From the NCBI GenBank assembly GCA_038154405.1, contig JAYPXF010000001.1:22772-86771 (forward strand): DNA of 64,000 nt, in the 5' to 3' direction. Position numbers and translations under genes: made by a program. This document shows, piece after piece, positions 54,646 through 64,000 of the stretch (position 1 is the stretch's first letter; each line of letters opens with the position of its first letter). Below the pieces are notes generated by a model. The model saw nothing but the letters and a program-made list of their open reading frames with translations, did not search any database and was not told the origin of the DNA. Source of the stretch: Verrucomicrobiales bacterium (GTDB lineage: Bacteria; Verrucomicrobiota; Verrucomicrobiia; Limisphaerales; JAYPXF01).

Positions 54646-55549
54646 TCAACAGATACGAGGCAACTGTTCACCGCTCAGCAGATCGAGGACGCGGTTGGCA
54701 CCCATCATTGTCTCCATGACGAGTCTTCCGTTCCCGGGTTTTCCAACGGTTCCGATCACGGCGGAGGCGGCGGTAATGGGTTTGTGGCGCAATGCGGAAA
54801 GCGCGGGGCCAACCTGTTCCGCGGGAACGATCGCAATCATTCGACCTTCGTTGGCGACGTACAGCGGATCCAGACCGAGCAGCTCGGCCGCGCCCCGGAC
54901 CTCCTCGCTGACGAGGATGTCGCGCTCGGTGATGCGGATGCCTATTCCCGAGTCGGCTGCAATCTCCTTGAGGGCGGTTGCCAGTCCGCCACGGGTGAGA
55001 TCACGCAGGCAATGCAATTCAATTTTCGCGTCCAACAATCGCTTCACGGCGCCGTTCAACAACCCGCAGTCGCTCAGGATCTCGGTCTCAAACTTCAGGC
55101 CTTCCCGCGCGGCAAGAATGGACAGGCCGTGCCGTCCGATGTCGCCGGTCACCAGTTGCACGCCGGCATTTTCTGCCGTTGCCTGCATCGACGCCGTAAC
55201 CTTCTCGAGATCGGTGCGGGAGAATCCCTCTTCGATGATCATTCCGACGCTGAGATAGCGCGGTGTCGCCCCGCACATTGCCAGGTCGTTCACGGTGCCG
55301 CAGACCGCGAGCTTGCCGATGTCGCCTCCGGGAAAGAACAATGGATGGACGACATATGAATCCGTGGTGAATGCCAATCTTGCTTCGCCGATCTCCACGA
55401 CCGCTCCGTCGTGATTCTGTCGCAGGATCGGGTTTGTCAAACGCCTGCTGGAACAGGTCCGTCACCAAGGAGCGTGTCAACGAACCACCGCCACCATGCG
55501 CGAGCTGGATGGTGGACCCGGATTGCTTTGGCAACGGACATTCGGCCAT
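54646..55549 (-). pseudogene. hypE: hydrogenase maturation protein HypE, frameshifted near 55430-55435
   Basis: The N-terminus MAECPLPKQSGSTIQLAHGGGGSLTRSLVTDLFQQAFDKP (ORF 55088..55549) continues in another frame as NPILRQNHDGAVVEIGEARLAFTTDSYVVHPLFFPGGDIGKLAVCGTVNDLAMCGA...GEQLPRIC* (ORF 54646..55440, canonical PRIC end). One extra nucleotide in GACAAACCCGATC explains it. Confidence 0.75.
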
Positions 55550-55659
55550 GGCGATGAACGGTTGCCAGCATGTCCGGGCGCATCACAGGCATCAAGCGAC
55601 ATAAATTGACGTCTGCTGACCCTGTTCGCCGACGGCAGCAGTCTGCGGTATGTTGATCC

Positions 55660-55905
55660 ATGGACATCGATTCACTGCGCGCGTTTCTCGGCTGGTGCAG
55701 CGTGATCAACTCGGGTCTGTTGCTGTGGTGGTGGGGTTGGTTCGTCTTCGGACGCGGATTCATCTATCGAATGCACACCCGTTGGTTCCGGTTGAGTGAG
55801 GAACGGTTTGACGAGATTCACTACGGTGCGATGGCCGGTTTCAAGCTGGGTATCATCCTGCTGAACGTCGTGCCGTGGATCGCCCTGACGATCATGGAGC
55901 GGTAG
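55660..55905 (+). CDS. small two-TM membrane protein (81 aa)
   Basis: MDIDSLRAFLGWCSVINSGLLLWWWGWFVF...FKLGIILLNVVPWIALTIM. No function recognised. Confidence 0.5.
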   Translation: MDIDSLRAFLGWCSVINSGLLLWWWGWFVFGRGFIYRMHTRWFRLSEERFDEIHYGAMAGFKLGIILLNVVPWIALTIMER

Positions 55906-56281
55906 GTGGCCCCACGCCCACCGGAGATTTCAGCCAGGCCAGAGCTTCGTCCGCATGGCTGCTGCTGAAGAAGTGCGTTTCGCCGGAGATGAACGGTTTG
56001 CAAAGCTCCGTCATCCAGATGTGCCACTGTTTTTCGCCCACCACCGCCAGCTTGGTGATGTCGCCGAAATGCTGCAGGTCGAATTTGAGGTCCTCCCACA
56101 TGGCAACGAGTGAGAAACCCTTGATCTCGTGCAGCTCGATCAGGAGGCGCAGTTCGCCCCAATGCGCGATGAGGCTCTCCGCTTCGGCGACAAACGGCCG
56201 GTAATCCTGCGTGGTGAGGTTTCCGGAAACAGACACCCGCAGGATCTGCCCGGCCGCCAGTTCTTCCATTTCGAGGGGCAT
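55892..56281 (-). CDS. STAS/SpoIIAA-like (DUF3478-type) protein
   Basis: 129 aa. LRVSVSGNLTTQDYRPFVAEAESLIAHWGELRLLIELHEIKGFSLVAMWEDLKFDLQHFGDITKLAVVGE fits the SpoIIAA-like fold family. Confidence 0.65.
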   Translation of the reverse strand: MPLEMEELAAGQILRVSVSGNLTTQDYRPFVAEAESLIAHWGELRLLIELHEIKGFSLVAMWEDLKFDLQHFGDITKLAVVGEKQWHIWMTELCKPFISGETHFFSSSHADEALAWLKSPVGVGPPTAP

Positions 56282-56433
56282 GATCCACGTTCAACGTTCT
56301 CTGCCTGAACGGCTCCGCACATTTTGATGTTTGCGAGGCGTCAATTGGTGTCCCACAGGTTGGCCCGGGGGTTATGAATAAATTTGTCCCTTGTTCGCTG
56401 GACCGGCCTTGTCAGGGTCGCTAGCTTGCGACC

Positions 56434-56781
56434 ATGAAGTTGGTGATCACTCCCGAATTTGAACAGTTGCTGGCGCGATGCAGCGATCCCCGCGAGCCGG
56501 CTTTCTGGCTGCTGGTCGGCGCGGCGATGTGTTACCTCTACGGATTCGTGATCGTGCGGCACATCTACCGGGAAGATGAGGAGCGGCTGGGACCGGTCCC
56601 GTTCAACCGTTTTGCCCACGTGATTCTCTTCGTGGCGCCGATCGCGTTCATCTGGCCGGTCCCTTGGCTGAACTGGAGTTTCCGTGAGTCCGAAGCTTCG
56701 GCGGAGCGTTGGGCCGAACGCGAGAGGGAATGTGAGGCCAACCGCGTTCTCTACGAGTGGCAACCGCGACGCGACGGGTGA
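56434..56781 (+). CDS. hypothetical membrane protein (115 aa)
   Basis: Two hydrophobic helices (FWLLVGAAMCYLYGFVIV; HVILFVAPIAFIWPVPWL). The stop overlaps the prmC GTG (GTGA). Confidence 0.45.
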   Translation: MKLVITPEFEQLLARCSDPREPAFWLLVGAAMCYLYGFVIVRHIYREDEERLGPVPFNRFAHVILFVAPIAFIWPVPWLNWSFRESEASAERWAERERECEANRVLYEWQPRRDG

Positions 56782-57632
56782 CCGTAGGCGAAGCCATCCG
56801 ATTCACGTCCGTCCAGCTGGGCGCACGCGACATTCCGAACTCCAAGGTGGAGGCGGAGCTGATGTTGTCGCACCTGCTGCTGGTGCCGCGCACGATCCTG
56901 TTCATGAAGTCGGGCATCCCGCTCGACCCACCGCATGAGTCGGCCCTGATGGAGTTCATCGAACGCCGGGTACGTCGTGAACCGTTGCAGCACATTCTCG
57001 GCAGTGTTTCCTTTTGCGGCATCGAACTCACCGTCAATGAAGACGCGCTCATCCCCCGTCCGGAAACCGAGATGCTCGCCGAAATGGCCTGGACGCATCT
57101 GGACAGCATCGGGAAGGCCGCACCGCGCGTCTTGGATTACGGGACGGGCACGGGTTGCATCGCGATCGCGATTGCCACCAACCGACCCGCGGCATCGGTA
57201 CATGCCCTGGACCGGTCACCCAAGGCCTTGGCGTTGGCGGAACGGAATGCCCGTGAGCTGAACCTGTCCGACCGCATCCACTTTCACGAGGGAGACGGGT
57301 TTGCGGCGCTGGCGGAGATTGGCGAATTCGATCTCATCGTGTCCAACCCGCCTTACATCCCGTCTTCGGAGATCCGGGGATTGCAGCCGGAAGTCCGCGA
57401 CTACGATCCGCGCCTGGCATTGGACGGCGGCAAGGACGGTCTCGAATTCTATCGCCGCTTCGCCGAACGGGCGTCGGATCATCTGGCGCGGCACGGGGCG
57501 CTGTTGTGCGAGTTTGGCGACGGTCAGGAGAAGGAACTCGAACTGATCTTTGCGGACGCGGAATGGATGGCGTTCGAAACCGGGGAAGACATGAATGAAG
57601 TTCCGCGTTTCATGAAAGTGGTGCGGCGCTGA
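56778..57632 (+). CDS. prmC: release factor glutamine N5-methyltransferase PrmC (HemK)
   Basis: ORF 56757 (GTG)..57632. GTG 56778 is preferred (4-nt overlap with the upstream stop). SAM motif LDYGTGTGCIAIA and catalytic VSNPPYI. Confidence 0.85.
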   Translation: MTVGEAIRFTSVQLGARDIPNSKVEAELMLSHLLLVPRTILFMKSGIPLDPPHESALMEFIERRVRREPLQHILGSVSFCGIELTVNEDALIPRPETEMLAEMAWTHLDSIGKAAPRVLDYGTGTGCIAIAIATNRPAASVHALDRSPKALALAERNARELNLSDRIHFHEGDGFAALAEIGEFDLIVSNPPYIPSSEIRGLQPEVRDYDPRLALDGGKDGLEFYRRFAERASDHLARHGALLCEFGDGQEKELELIFADAEWMAFETGEDMNEVPRFMKVVRR

Positions 57633-57633
57633 A

Positions 57634-57661
57634 GAAAAAAGGCCGGACGTATTGTCCGACC
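57634..57661 (-). terminator. rho-independent terminator of the YceI-like gene (hairpin also usable by convergent prmC)
   Basis: On the minus strand: GGTCGGAC-aatac-GTCCGGCC followed by TTTTTT (complement of 57634-57640). Confidence 0.7.
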
Positions 57662-57691
57662 TTCCTTCGGCGTGACGGGTCGCTCAGGCGT

Positions 57692-58399
57692 TCAGAGCGC
57701 CTTGAAATCGGCTTCGCCCGGAGTGGCTTTCACGTCCAGCTTGATGACGACTTCCTTGCGGATCAGGTTGTCGGCCTGCCCCGCGTATTTCATGTCGAAG
57801 TCGAAGCGGTTGATGAAGAACTCGGCCTTCACGGTCACCCCGTCGTCGGCAACGGAGATGGTTGCGGGAAAGGTGATGGACTTGGTGACACCGTGCATGG
57901 TCAGGTCGCCGGTGAGATTCCGCTTGGTGGCATCCTCGGGCATCGATTCCACCTTGCGCGCGGCGAAGGTGGCCGTCGGGAATTTTTCGACGTGGAAAAA
58001 GTCTTCGTTCAGCAGGTGGGCGGTGAGTTTGGGCTTCTCCGTGTGGATGGAACCCACGTCAATGACGATCTGGCTGCCTTTCGGGAGGAAACGACCCTCG
58101 GACGTGTTGATCTGGCCCACGAACTTCTTGAAGCTGCCCGGGGTTTCCCCGCCGATCGCCTTCGAGGCGAGGAATTCCACCTTCGAGTCTCCGTCGATGA
58201 CGTAGGGTTTCGTTGGTTCCTCGGTGGTGGCCGTTCCTGGTGAGATTGGGGCTGCCGGTGCCGGTGTGGCTGGTGCGTGCGCCTCCTTCGGCGCGGGTTC
58301 ATTGACCTGCGCTTCGGCGACTTTGTCAGCGGGATTGGAACAACCGGCGACACAGACGATCGCCACGGTCAGGACGGAATTGAGAAACAGCTTCTGCAT
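57692..58399 (-). CDS. YceI-like polyisoprenoid-binding lipoprotein
   Basis: Lipobox VAGCS. The YceI domain starts at SKVEFLASKAIGGETPGSFKKFVGQI and runs to LTGDLTMHGVTKSITFPATI. Confidence 0.8.
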   Translation of the reverse strand: MQKLFLNSVLTVAIVCVAGCSNPADKVAEAQVNEPAPKEAHAPATPAPAAPISPGTATTEEPTKPYVIDGDSKVEFLASKAIGGETPGSFKKFVGQINTSEGRFLPKGSQIVIDVGSIHTEKPKLTAHLLNEDFFHVEKFPTATFAARKVESMPEDATKRNLTGDLTMHGVTKSITFPATISVADDGVTVKAEFFINRFDFDMKYAGQADNLIRKEVVIKLDVKATPGEADFKAL

Positions 58400-58519
58400 T
58401 TGATGAATCGTAAGGTGAAAGTTTGAGAGTGTTACCCCGCCGGGCTTCCAGTCAAGGGGTGGTTTACCGTGAACTGAGCATGCCCGGAGCCGCTGCGGAT
58501 AACTAATCTCGGCGTTTCA

Positions 58520-58548
58520 TTGACGAACCCTTGCCGCTCCTCTATCTG
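58520..58548 (+). promoter_or_regulatory. candidate recA promoter
   Basis: TTGACG (58520-58525), 17-nt spacer, TATCTG (58543-58548), about 30 nt upstream of ATG 58579. No obvious LexA-type palindrome seen. Confidence 0.3.
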
Positions 58549-58578
58549 TGGCCGTACTCAAATTCACCCAAGGAACAA

Positions 58579-59667
58579 ATGGCCGCAAAATCCAAGTCCA
58601 CCAGTCCTTCCAAGGCGGAAGGTAACGCAGAAAAGCAGCTCGAAGCCGCGATCAGTTCAATCACCAAGAGCTTTGGCGAAGGCGCCATCATGCGCCTCGG
58701 CGACGCGGTTTCCGCCAAGTCGCTCGATGTGATTCCCACGGGCGCGCTTTCGGTTGATCTCGCGCTCGGGGTCGGCGGGTTTCCGCGCGGCCGGGTGGTG
58801 GAGATCTACGGTCCGGAATCTTCGGGCAAGACCACGCTCATGCTGCACGTGGTGGCCAATGCTCAGAAGATGGGTGGCACGGCTGCGTTCATCGATGTGG
58901 AGCACGCGCTGGATCCTTCCTATGCGAAGAAACTCGGCGTGGATCTGGACAACCTGCTCGTCTCGCAGCCGGACAGCGGTGAAGAGGCTTTGACAATCTG
59001 CGAGACGCTCGCCCGGTCCGGTGCGTTGGATGTGATCGTGGTGGACTCGGTGGCGGCGCTAGTGCCGAAGGCGGAGCTCGAAGGCGACATGGGCATGGCC
59101 ACCATGGGCATGCAGGCCCGCCTGATGAGCCAGGCGCTGCGCAAGTTGACCTCAGTGCTCGGCAAGACGAAGACCCTGTGCCTGTTCACGAACCAGATTC
59201 GCGAGAAGGTTGGCGTCATGTTCGGCAATCCCGAAACCACGCCGGGCGGCAAGGCGCTGAAATTCTACGCCAGCATCCGTGTCGACATCCGACGCAAGGA
59301 GCAGCTCAAGGACACCTCGGGGAAGGTCTACGGCAACCATGTGAAGATCAAGGTGGTGAAGAACAAGGTCGCGCCGCCGTTCACCGAGGCCGAATTCGAC
59401 ATCTTCTACAATGAGGGCATCAACAAGGCTGGCTGCATTCTCGATGCCGGACTCAGCCACAATGTCCTGACCAAGCGCGGTGCCTGGATTCAGTTCGACG
59501 GCGAGCTCGTGGGCCAGGGTCGCGATGCGGCGCGCAACGCGATGATAGAGAATCCGGACCTCGCCAAGAAGGTCGTGGAAGCCATTTACGTTGCTCGCGG
59601 CGACAAGCCAGCCGCCGAGGAAAAGGACGAGGAGGAGACTGAGGCCGCTGCTGCGGGAACTTCGTAA
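58579..59667 (+). CDS. recA: recombinase RecA
   Basis: ORF 58531..59667 trimmed to ATG 58579. [24 protein letters not shown], Walker [33 protein letters not shown]. Confidence 0.95.
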   Translation: MAAKSKSTSPSKAEGNAEKQLEAAISSITKSFGEGAIMRLGDAVSAKSLDVIPTGALSVDLALGVGGFPRGRVVEIYGPESSGKTTLMLHVVANAQKMGGTAAFIDVEHALDPSYAKKLGVDLDNLLVSQPDSGEEALTICETLARSGALDVIVVDSVAALVPKAELEGDMGMATMGMQARLMSQALRKLTSVLGKTKTLCLFTNQIREKVGVMFGNPETTPGGKALKFYASIRVDIRRKEQLKDTSGKVYGNHVKIKVVKNKVAPPFTEAEFDIFYNEGINKAGCILDAGLSHNVLTKRGAWIQFDGELVGQGRDAARNAMIENPDLAKKVVEAIYVARGDKPAAEEKDEEETEAAAAGTS

Positions 59668-59802
59668 GTCACTGCGCCGCAGGGAAGAAGCGGGATTTTT
59701 GGGTTGGCAGCGGGGGCCGGATTGTCCCAATGTGTTGGAGAATATCCAGTGTTGAGGCTGGATTCCCGCAGACACACAACCCATAGCAACCAACCACCGG
59801 CG

Positions 59803-60090
59803 ATGTTTGACTTTTTCTGGATGCATTTCTCCATTGACGACTCCAAGCTCAATTGGCAGGTCAAGACGTGCGCGGTTGTGCTTTGGTGCGCCGCATTGTA
59901 TTGCGGCGTTTGGAGCATCAACCAACAGCCGTTTAACCGCCGGGAGCGGATGAGCTGGACGATCATCCTGATCGCCGTGCCGCTCATCGGGATGCTCATC
60001 TATCTTTTCAAGGCCTGGTACAACGCCTCGACTGGTGCACTGTCCTTCTGGAAGAAGCCGAAGAAGAAACGCAAATTCTACGGTTACTGA
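59803..60090 (+). CDS. small membrane protein with PLD-nuclease-N-like C-terminal helix and Lys-rich tail
   Basis: ORF 59704..60090 trimmed to ATG 59803. WTIILIAVPLIGMLIYLF followed by KKPKKKRKFYGY. Confidence 0.5.
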   Translation: MFDFFWMHFSIDDSKLNWQVKTCAVVLWCAALYCGVWSINQQPFNRRERMSWTIILIAVPLIGMLIYLFKAWYNASTGALSFWKKPKKKRKFYGY

Positions 60091-60205
60091 CGACGGCAAC
60101 CCGAACTTCCGCAAGCCTCCACCGCCAATGCACCTGAACGCGCGCCTGGATCAGCCACTGCCGACCGGGCCGGTCGCAGCGAGCCACCGGCTCATCTGAT
60201 CCGGC

Positions 60206-61888
60206 ATGCGGCGTCTTCGGCGGAAACTGAAAGTTGCAGCGCTCGCGCTCCTGCTGGCTTGGGCCCGCCTGGGATCCGCCCAAGTCGGCACCAGTTATGA
60301 TGCCTCCAATGTGCAGGTCTCACCCCGCATACGAGTCGGCGGGATTCCGGGCGAACGAACCTACAACAGCATCCCGCAAGGATTGGCCGGTGATCGGATC
60401 GGTGGCTCCGGCACTACACAGACTGACTTCATCGAGGAAGCGTTTACCATCAACCGGCAGGTCAACACGGCCCTCGCTGACGGATTGACGACCGATGCCA
60501 AGATCGGCCGTCTGCAACCGCAGGCGGTGCTTCAGACACCCATCGGCCGCCAACTCGGTGTGCCGTTCTTTGCCTGGCAGGAGAAGCCCGACGGAGAACA
60601 GGTGGAACTTAAGGCCGGTCGATTCTATATCGATCTCATCAGCGCATCCGCTACGGTCATTTACACCGACAACTTCAATCAGAGTGAATTCGATCGCCGA
60701 GGACGGGCGATTTCCTCGGTCGATCTTTTCGGTCAGGCCATCTTTCAGATGACGGAGACAACGCGCCTCTTCACCGGTGGTGAGGTTCACTGGTTTCCGT
60801 TTGAGAACCGCGTCACGCTTTCTGATCCCCAGACCGATCTAGCCGCCGGCTTCCTGCCTCGTGTCAACGCGTCATTCCTGTTGGACCATTCCGTTCGGCT
60901 CGGACCCACCGCCGAGATCTTTTTCCGCAATGATCTTCGTTCCGACGTTCCCAACCTGGGCGCGCGGGAGGCGTTTGACCTGCTCGAAGGTCCGGTCGGA
61001 ACCCGTCCGGACGATGGTCCAGTTCGCAATCTGCAACCCCGGCAGCGCCGACGAAACCGGTTCAATCCGGGAACGCTCATCATCAACGACACGGAAATCG
61101 GGGTGACCGCTTTGGTGCCGAGTCAGACGCGGATGACCGCATCGTATCGCCGGGAGCACCAGTGGTTTGCCTTGGGTGCACCGGGAAGCCCGCAGTCCAT
61201 CGATACATGGCGATTTGATCTCGTCAACGAACGCGAGAACATGCGGTTCAAGCCGTTCATCAGCTTTCGCGCCGATCATCGGAACAACCGTCCCGGGTTC
61301 ATCAAGAATATTGATGTCGGCTTGTTTGGTCCGGTAACCGACTACATCGACATTCTCGGGCGGATGGGCGTGTTCATCGATCCCTTCTTCGACACCAAGG
61401 GGCTGCTCTTCGATTTCCGTATTCGTCATCGCCCGCGCCAAAGCACGACCCACTTCTTCGCTGTTTCGCGGAGGCTGACCTTTCCCGACTTTCTGGTGGC
61501 GAACATTCTGGAGTATCGGCTCGAACAGGTCCTCAGTCCGGAGTGGATCATGGATTTCGCCATGCAACGCCGGGTGTTTGAGCCGATCAACAACACCAAC
61601 GACGCGGAAGGGGTGAAGGAGGATCAGATCGACGTGCGCTTTACCGTTATCATGGGCGACAAGGTCCAATCGGAGTTCGGGTATTCGTTCATACATCAGA
61701 CCCAGCGTGGGGTCCGTCTGCTGCGTCCGCGACAGGACAGCCACGAGTTTCTCTTCGACACGACCTACTTTCACTCCCCCGACCTCGAGTCCATTGTCAG
61801 CTACCGCTTCCGCCGGCGGCTTTCAAACATCGTCGGCGACAGTTTCGACGAGAACGTGGTGCTCTATCGCTTGCGGAAGTCGTTTTGA
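60206..61888 (+). CDS. putative outer-membrane beta-barrel protein (560 aa)
   Basis: Signal peptide MRRLRRKLKVAALALLLAWARLGSAQ. Alternating amphipathic strands throughout. C-terminal aromatic residue (..VVLYRLRKSF). Confidence 0.55.
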   Translation: MRRLRRKLKVAALALLLAWARLGSAQVGTSYDASNVQVSPRIRVGGIPGERTYNSIPQGLAGDRIGGSGTTQTDFIEEAFTINRQVNTALADGLTTDAKIGRLQPQAVLQTPIGRQLGVPFFAWQEKPDGEQVELKAGRFYIDLISASATVIYTDNFNQSEFDRRGRAISSVDLFGQAIFQMTETTRLFTGGEVHWFPFENRVTLSDPQTDLAAGFLPRVNASFLLDHSVRLGPTAEIFFRNDLRSDVPNLGAREAFDLLEGPVGTRPDDGPVRNLQPRQRRRNRFNPGTLIINDTEIGVTALVPSQTRMTASYRREHQWFALGAPGSPQSIDTWRFDLVNERENMRFKPFISFRADHRNNRPGFIKNIDVGLFGPVTDYIDILGRMGVFIDPFFDTKGLLFDFRIRHRPRQSTTHFFAVSRRLTFPDFLVANILEYRLEQVLSPEWIMDFAMQRRVFEPINNTNDAEGVKEDQIDVRFTVIMGDKVQSEFGYSFIHQTQRGVRLLRPRQDSHEFLFDTTYFHSPDLESIVSYRFRRRLSNIVGDSFDENVVLYRLRKSF

Positions 61889-61913
61889 TTCCGGCCAACC
61901 GTCCGCCCGGTGC

Positions 61914-64000
61914 TCAGCCGAACAGATCCAACTGCGGACTTGGCTCCAGTTCCTTCAGCTTCTGTCGTTCGGCTCGATGACGTGACGACTGGCGGACCTT
62001 GCCCTCGGGCGTCAGTTCGGATTCCTCCAGGTTCACCAGGATCACCTTGGCTCTCTCCAGTACGTCCTTGGGCACTCCGGCCAGACGCGCCACGTGAATT
62101 CCGTAGCTCTTGTCCGTCCCGCCCTCGACGATCTTGCGCAGGAAGATGATCTGGTCGTTCCATTCGCGCACGGCCACGTTGAAGTTGCGCAGGCGTGAAA
62201 GCCGGCCGGCCAGTTCGGTCAGCTCATGGTAGTGCGTTGCGAAGAGTGTCTTGCAACCGACCTGGTTGTGCAGGAATTCCACGATGCTCCACGCGAGGCT
62301 CAGGCCATCGAACGTGCTCGTACCGCGTCCGATCTCATCCAGGATCACCAGGCTGCGTGAGGTGGCGTTGTTCAGGATATTCGCCGTTTCGCTCATCTCC
62401 ACCATGAACGTGGATTGGCCACGGGCCAGGTCGTCGCTGGCCCCGACCCGCGTGAAGATGCGGTCGATCAGGTCTACCCGCGCCTTTTCCGCCGGCAGAA
62501 AACTCCCCGTATGCGCCAGCAGCGCCAGCAGCGCCACCTGGCGGATATAGGTGCTCTTGCCGGCCATATTCGGGCCCGTGATCAGTCCAATCTGCTGCTC
62601 CGTCCGGTCCAGTGCGGTGTCATTCGGCACAAAACGCTCCTCGATCAGGGTCTGGTCCAGCACCGGATGGCGGCCTTCCCGGATGTCGAAGACGCCGTCG
62701 TCCACCACCACCGGGCAGATATGCGAATACAGCCGCGCGGTTTCTGCGAATGACGACAGCACATCCAGTTGCGCAAATCCGGAGGCCGTTTCCTGGATCG
62801 TGGACAGCGAACCGATCACCTTTTCGCGGACCTGCAGGAAGAGATCATACTCCAGCTTCGTGCTGCGTTCTTCCGCACCGAGAATCTTGCCCTCCATTTC
62901 CTTCAGCTCGGGGGTGATGAAGCGTTCCGCGTTGGCGAGGGTCTGCTTGCGACGATAGTGCTCGGGCACCTTGTCGAGGTGCGACTTGGTGACCTCGATG
63001 AAGTAACCGAACACCGAGTTGTATCCGATCTTGAGGTTCTGGATCCCGGTCTTCTCCGCTTCATCCTGCTTCAACTTCGCCAGCCAGTTCTTGCCCTCCG
63101 TCGCGGCGCTGCGCAGTTCATCCAACGTTGCATCGTAACCATCACGGATGATGCCGCCGTCCTTCAACGCGATCGGCGGTTCATCGTTGATCGCGCGATC
63201 GATGAGTTCGGTCAGTTCCGGGCACGGCGAAAGTTGTTCACCCAGTTCGACCAACAGCGAGATCGTCGGCGCTTCATCTGATTCTTCTACGATCAGTTCC
63301 TCGTCGTTCGTGGAAGTCTCAAACTGCAAGATGAGTTCACGCGCGCGCGGCACCTTTTCCAATGCCTGCTTCAAGGCTACGAGATCACGCGCATTGCCGG
63401 ACCCGACGCTGAGTCGACTCAAGGTGCGTTCGAGATCACGAACCTCTTTGAGGTGTTCGCGGAACTCATCCACCAACATCACGTGATCGAGAAACGACTG
63501 CACCGCCTGTTGACGACGATGGATCGCCTCGACCGAAGACAACGGTTGCGAAAGCCAGTCGCGAAGACGCCGTGCGCCCATCGGGGTGACGCAACGGTTC
63601 ATCGCTCCGAACAACGACGCATCACGTGGTGCATCGCGATGCAGGGGCTCGAGAATCTCCAAGTTGCGCAACGTGGTCGCATCGAGCACGAGGTAGTCAC
63701 GGCACTCGTAGAAGGAGAGCCGCGTGAGATGCTTTACGTCTCGCCGAAGATGTTGCGTGAGGTAATGCAGGGCCGCGCCGGCAGCTCCCGTTGCACCGTT
63801 GCGATTCTTCAGACCGAAGCCGTCCAGTGACGCGACCTGAAAGTGGTCTCGCACTGTAAATACAGCGGTCTCGGGCCCGAACACCCAGTCTTCGTAACCG
63901 TTGAGAATGGGAAAGGAATTGCCGAGCAACTCCAGGAACGAACTGTCTTCCGCAGGAAAGATGACCTCCGCGGGACGCAGTCGTTCGAGCTCCGCAACCA
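61914..64000 (-). CDS. mutS: DNA mismatch repair protein MutS (N-terminus beyond window end)
   Basis: The frame of ORF 61914..63929 stays open to position 64000. Walker A GPNMAGKSTYIRQVAL, STFMVEMSETANIL, DEIGRGTSTFDGLSLA, FATHYHELT. Confidence 0.92.
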   Translation of the reverse strand, partial: VAELERLRPAEVIFPAEDSSFLELLGNSFPILNGYEDWVFGPETAVFTVRDHFQVASLDGFGLKNRNGATGAAGAALHYLTQHLRRDVKHLTRLSFYECRDYLVLDATTLRNLEILEPLHRDAPRDASLFGAMNRCVTPMGARRLRDWLSQPLSSVEAIHRRQQAVQSFLDHVMLVDEFREHLKEVRDLERTLSRLSVGSGNARDLVALKQALEKVPRARELILQFETSTNDEELIVEESDEAPTISLLVELGEQLSPCPELTELIDRAINDEPPIALKDGGIIRDGYDATLDELRSAATEGKNWLAKLKQDEAEKTGIQNLKIGYNSVFGYFIEVTKSHLDKVPEHYRRKQTLANAERFITPELKEMEGKILGAEERSTKLEYDLFLQVREKVIGSLSTIQETASGFAQLDVLSSFAETARLYSHICPVVVDDGVFDIREGRHPVLDQTLIEERFVPNDTALDRTEQQIGLITGPNMAGKSTYIRQVALLALLAHTGSFLPAEKARVDLIDRIFTRVGASDDLARGQSTFMVEMSETANILNNATSRSLVILDEIGRGTSTFDGLSLAWSIVEFLHNQVGCKTLFATHYHELTELAGRLSRLRNFNVAVREWNDQIIFLRKIVEGGTDKSYGIHVARLAGVPKDVLERAKVILVNLEESELTPEGKVRQSSRHRAERQKLKELEPSPQLDLFG

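Noticed and set aside
1-64000. Search for CRISPR arrays, tRNA/rRNA genes, prophage or integrase modules, toxin-antitoxin pairs, restriction-modification or other defence systems
   Set aside because: I could spot no regularly spaced direct repeats, tRNA T-arm/acceptor patterns, phage structural genes or defence-type domains. The only mobile trace is the 62-aa transposase fragment at 24388-24573. A tRNAscan/Infernal/DefenseFinder run would be needed to be definitive.

Overview
GC-rich bacterial chromosomal segment. The gene content looks like the PVC group (Verrucomicrobiota/Planctomycetota): several formylglycine-type sulfatases, DUF1080, beta-propeller dehydrogenase/cytochrome c fusions, a DUF11 repeat protein and few Shine-Dalgarno sites. 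I support about 55 protein-coding loci.

(i) 1-16.2 kb is a secreted glycan/glycosaminoglycan-degradation cluster. It holds a sialidase-like BNR protein, an NHL propeller, an SGSH-like sulfatase, a 1459-aa discoidin/esterase multidomain protein, DUF1080, a cytochrome c-EF-hand dehydrogenase and an HGSNAT-like membrane acetyltransferase. An IDS-like sulfatase (35.1 kb) and another sulfatase (51.6 kb) lie further on.

(ii) Housekeeping genes are recA, mutS (partial at the window end), prfC, prmC, pssA, an LptF/G-type permease, a family-4 UDG, selO and an FKBP.

(iii) galK is translationally coupled to a YtfQRT/YjfF-like sugar ABC transporter.

(iv) An orphan GAF histidine kinase is followed by a tandem triplet of unrecognised small single-pass membrane proteins.

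I saw no rRNA, tRNA, CRISPR array, prophage or recognisable defence system by eye.

The points most worth a second look are:
- An unusually high density of disrupted genes: about 8 single-nucleotide frameshifts and 5 in-frame TAA/TAG codons. Affected loci include relics of the hydrogenase maturation genes hypF and hypE (hypC is intact) and a decayed BlaI/CopY-type repressor beside an IS fragment.
- The small-protein triplet, whose middle copy keeps frame and conserved residues past two stop codons.
- An AT-rich island with a strong terminator and a candidate sRNA carrying an anti-SD-like CACCUCCU loop.
- Families of hairpin repeats placed right after stop codons, one pair showing a compensatory base-pair change.

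All functional calls rest on motif and family recognition from translated sequence. No database search was possible.
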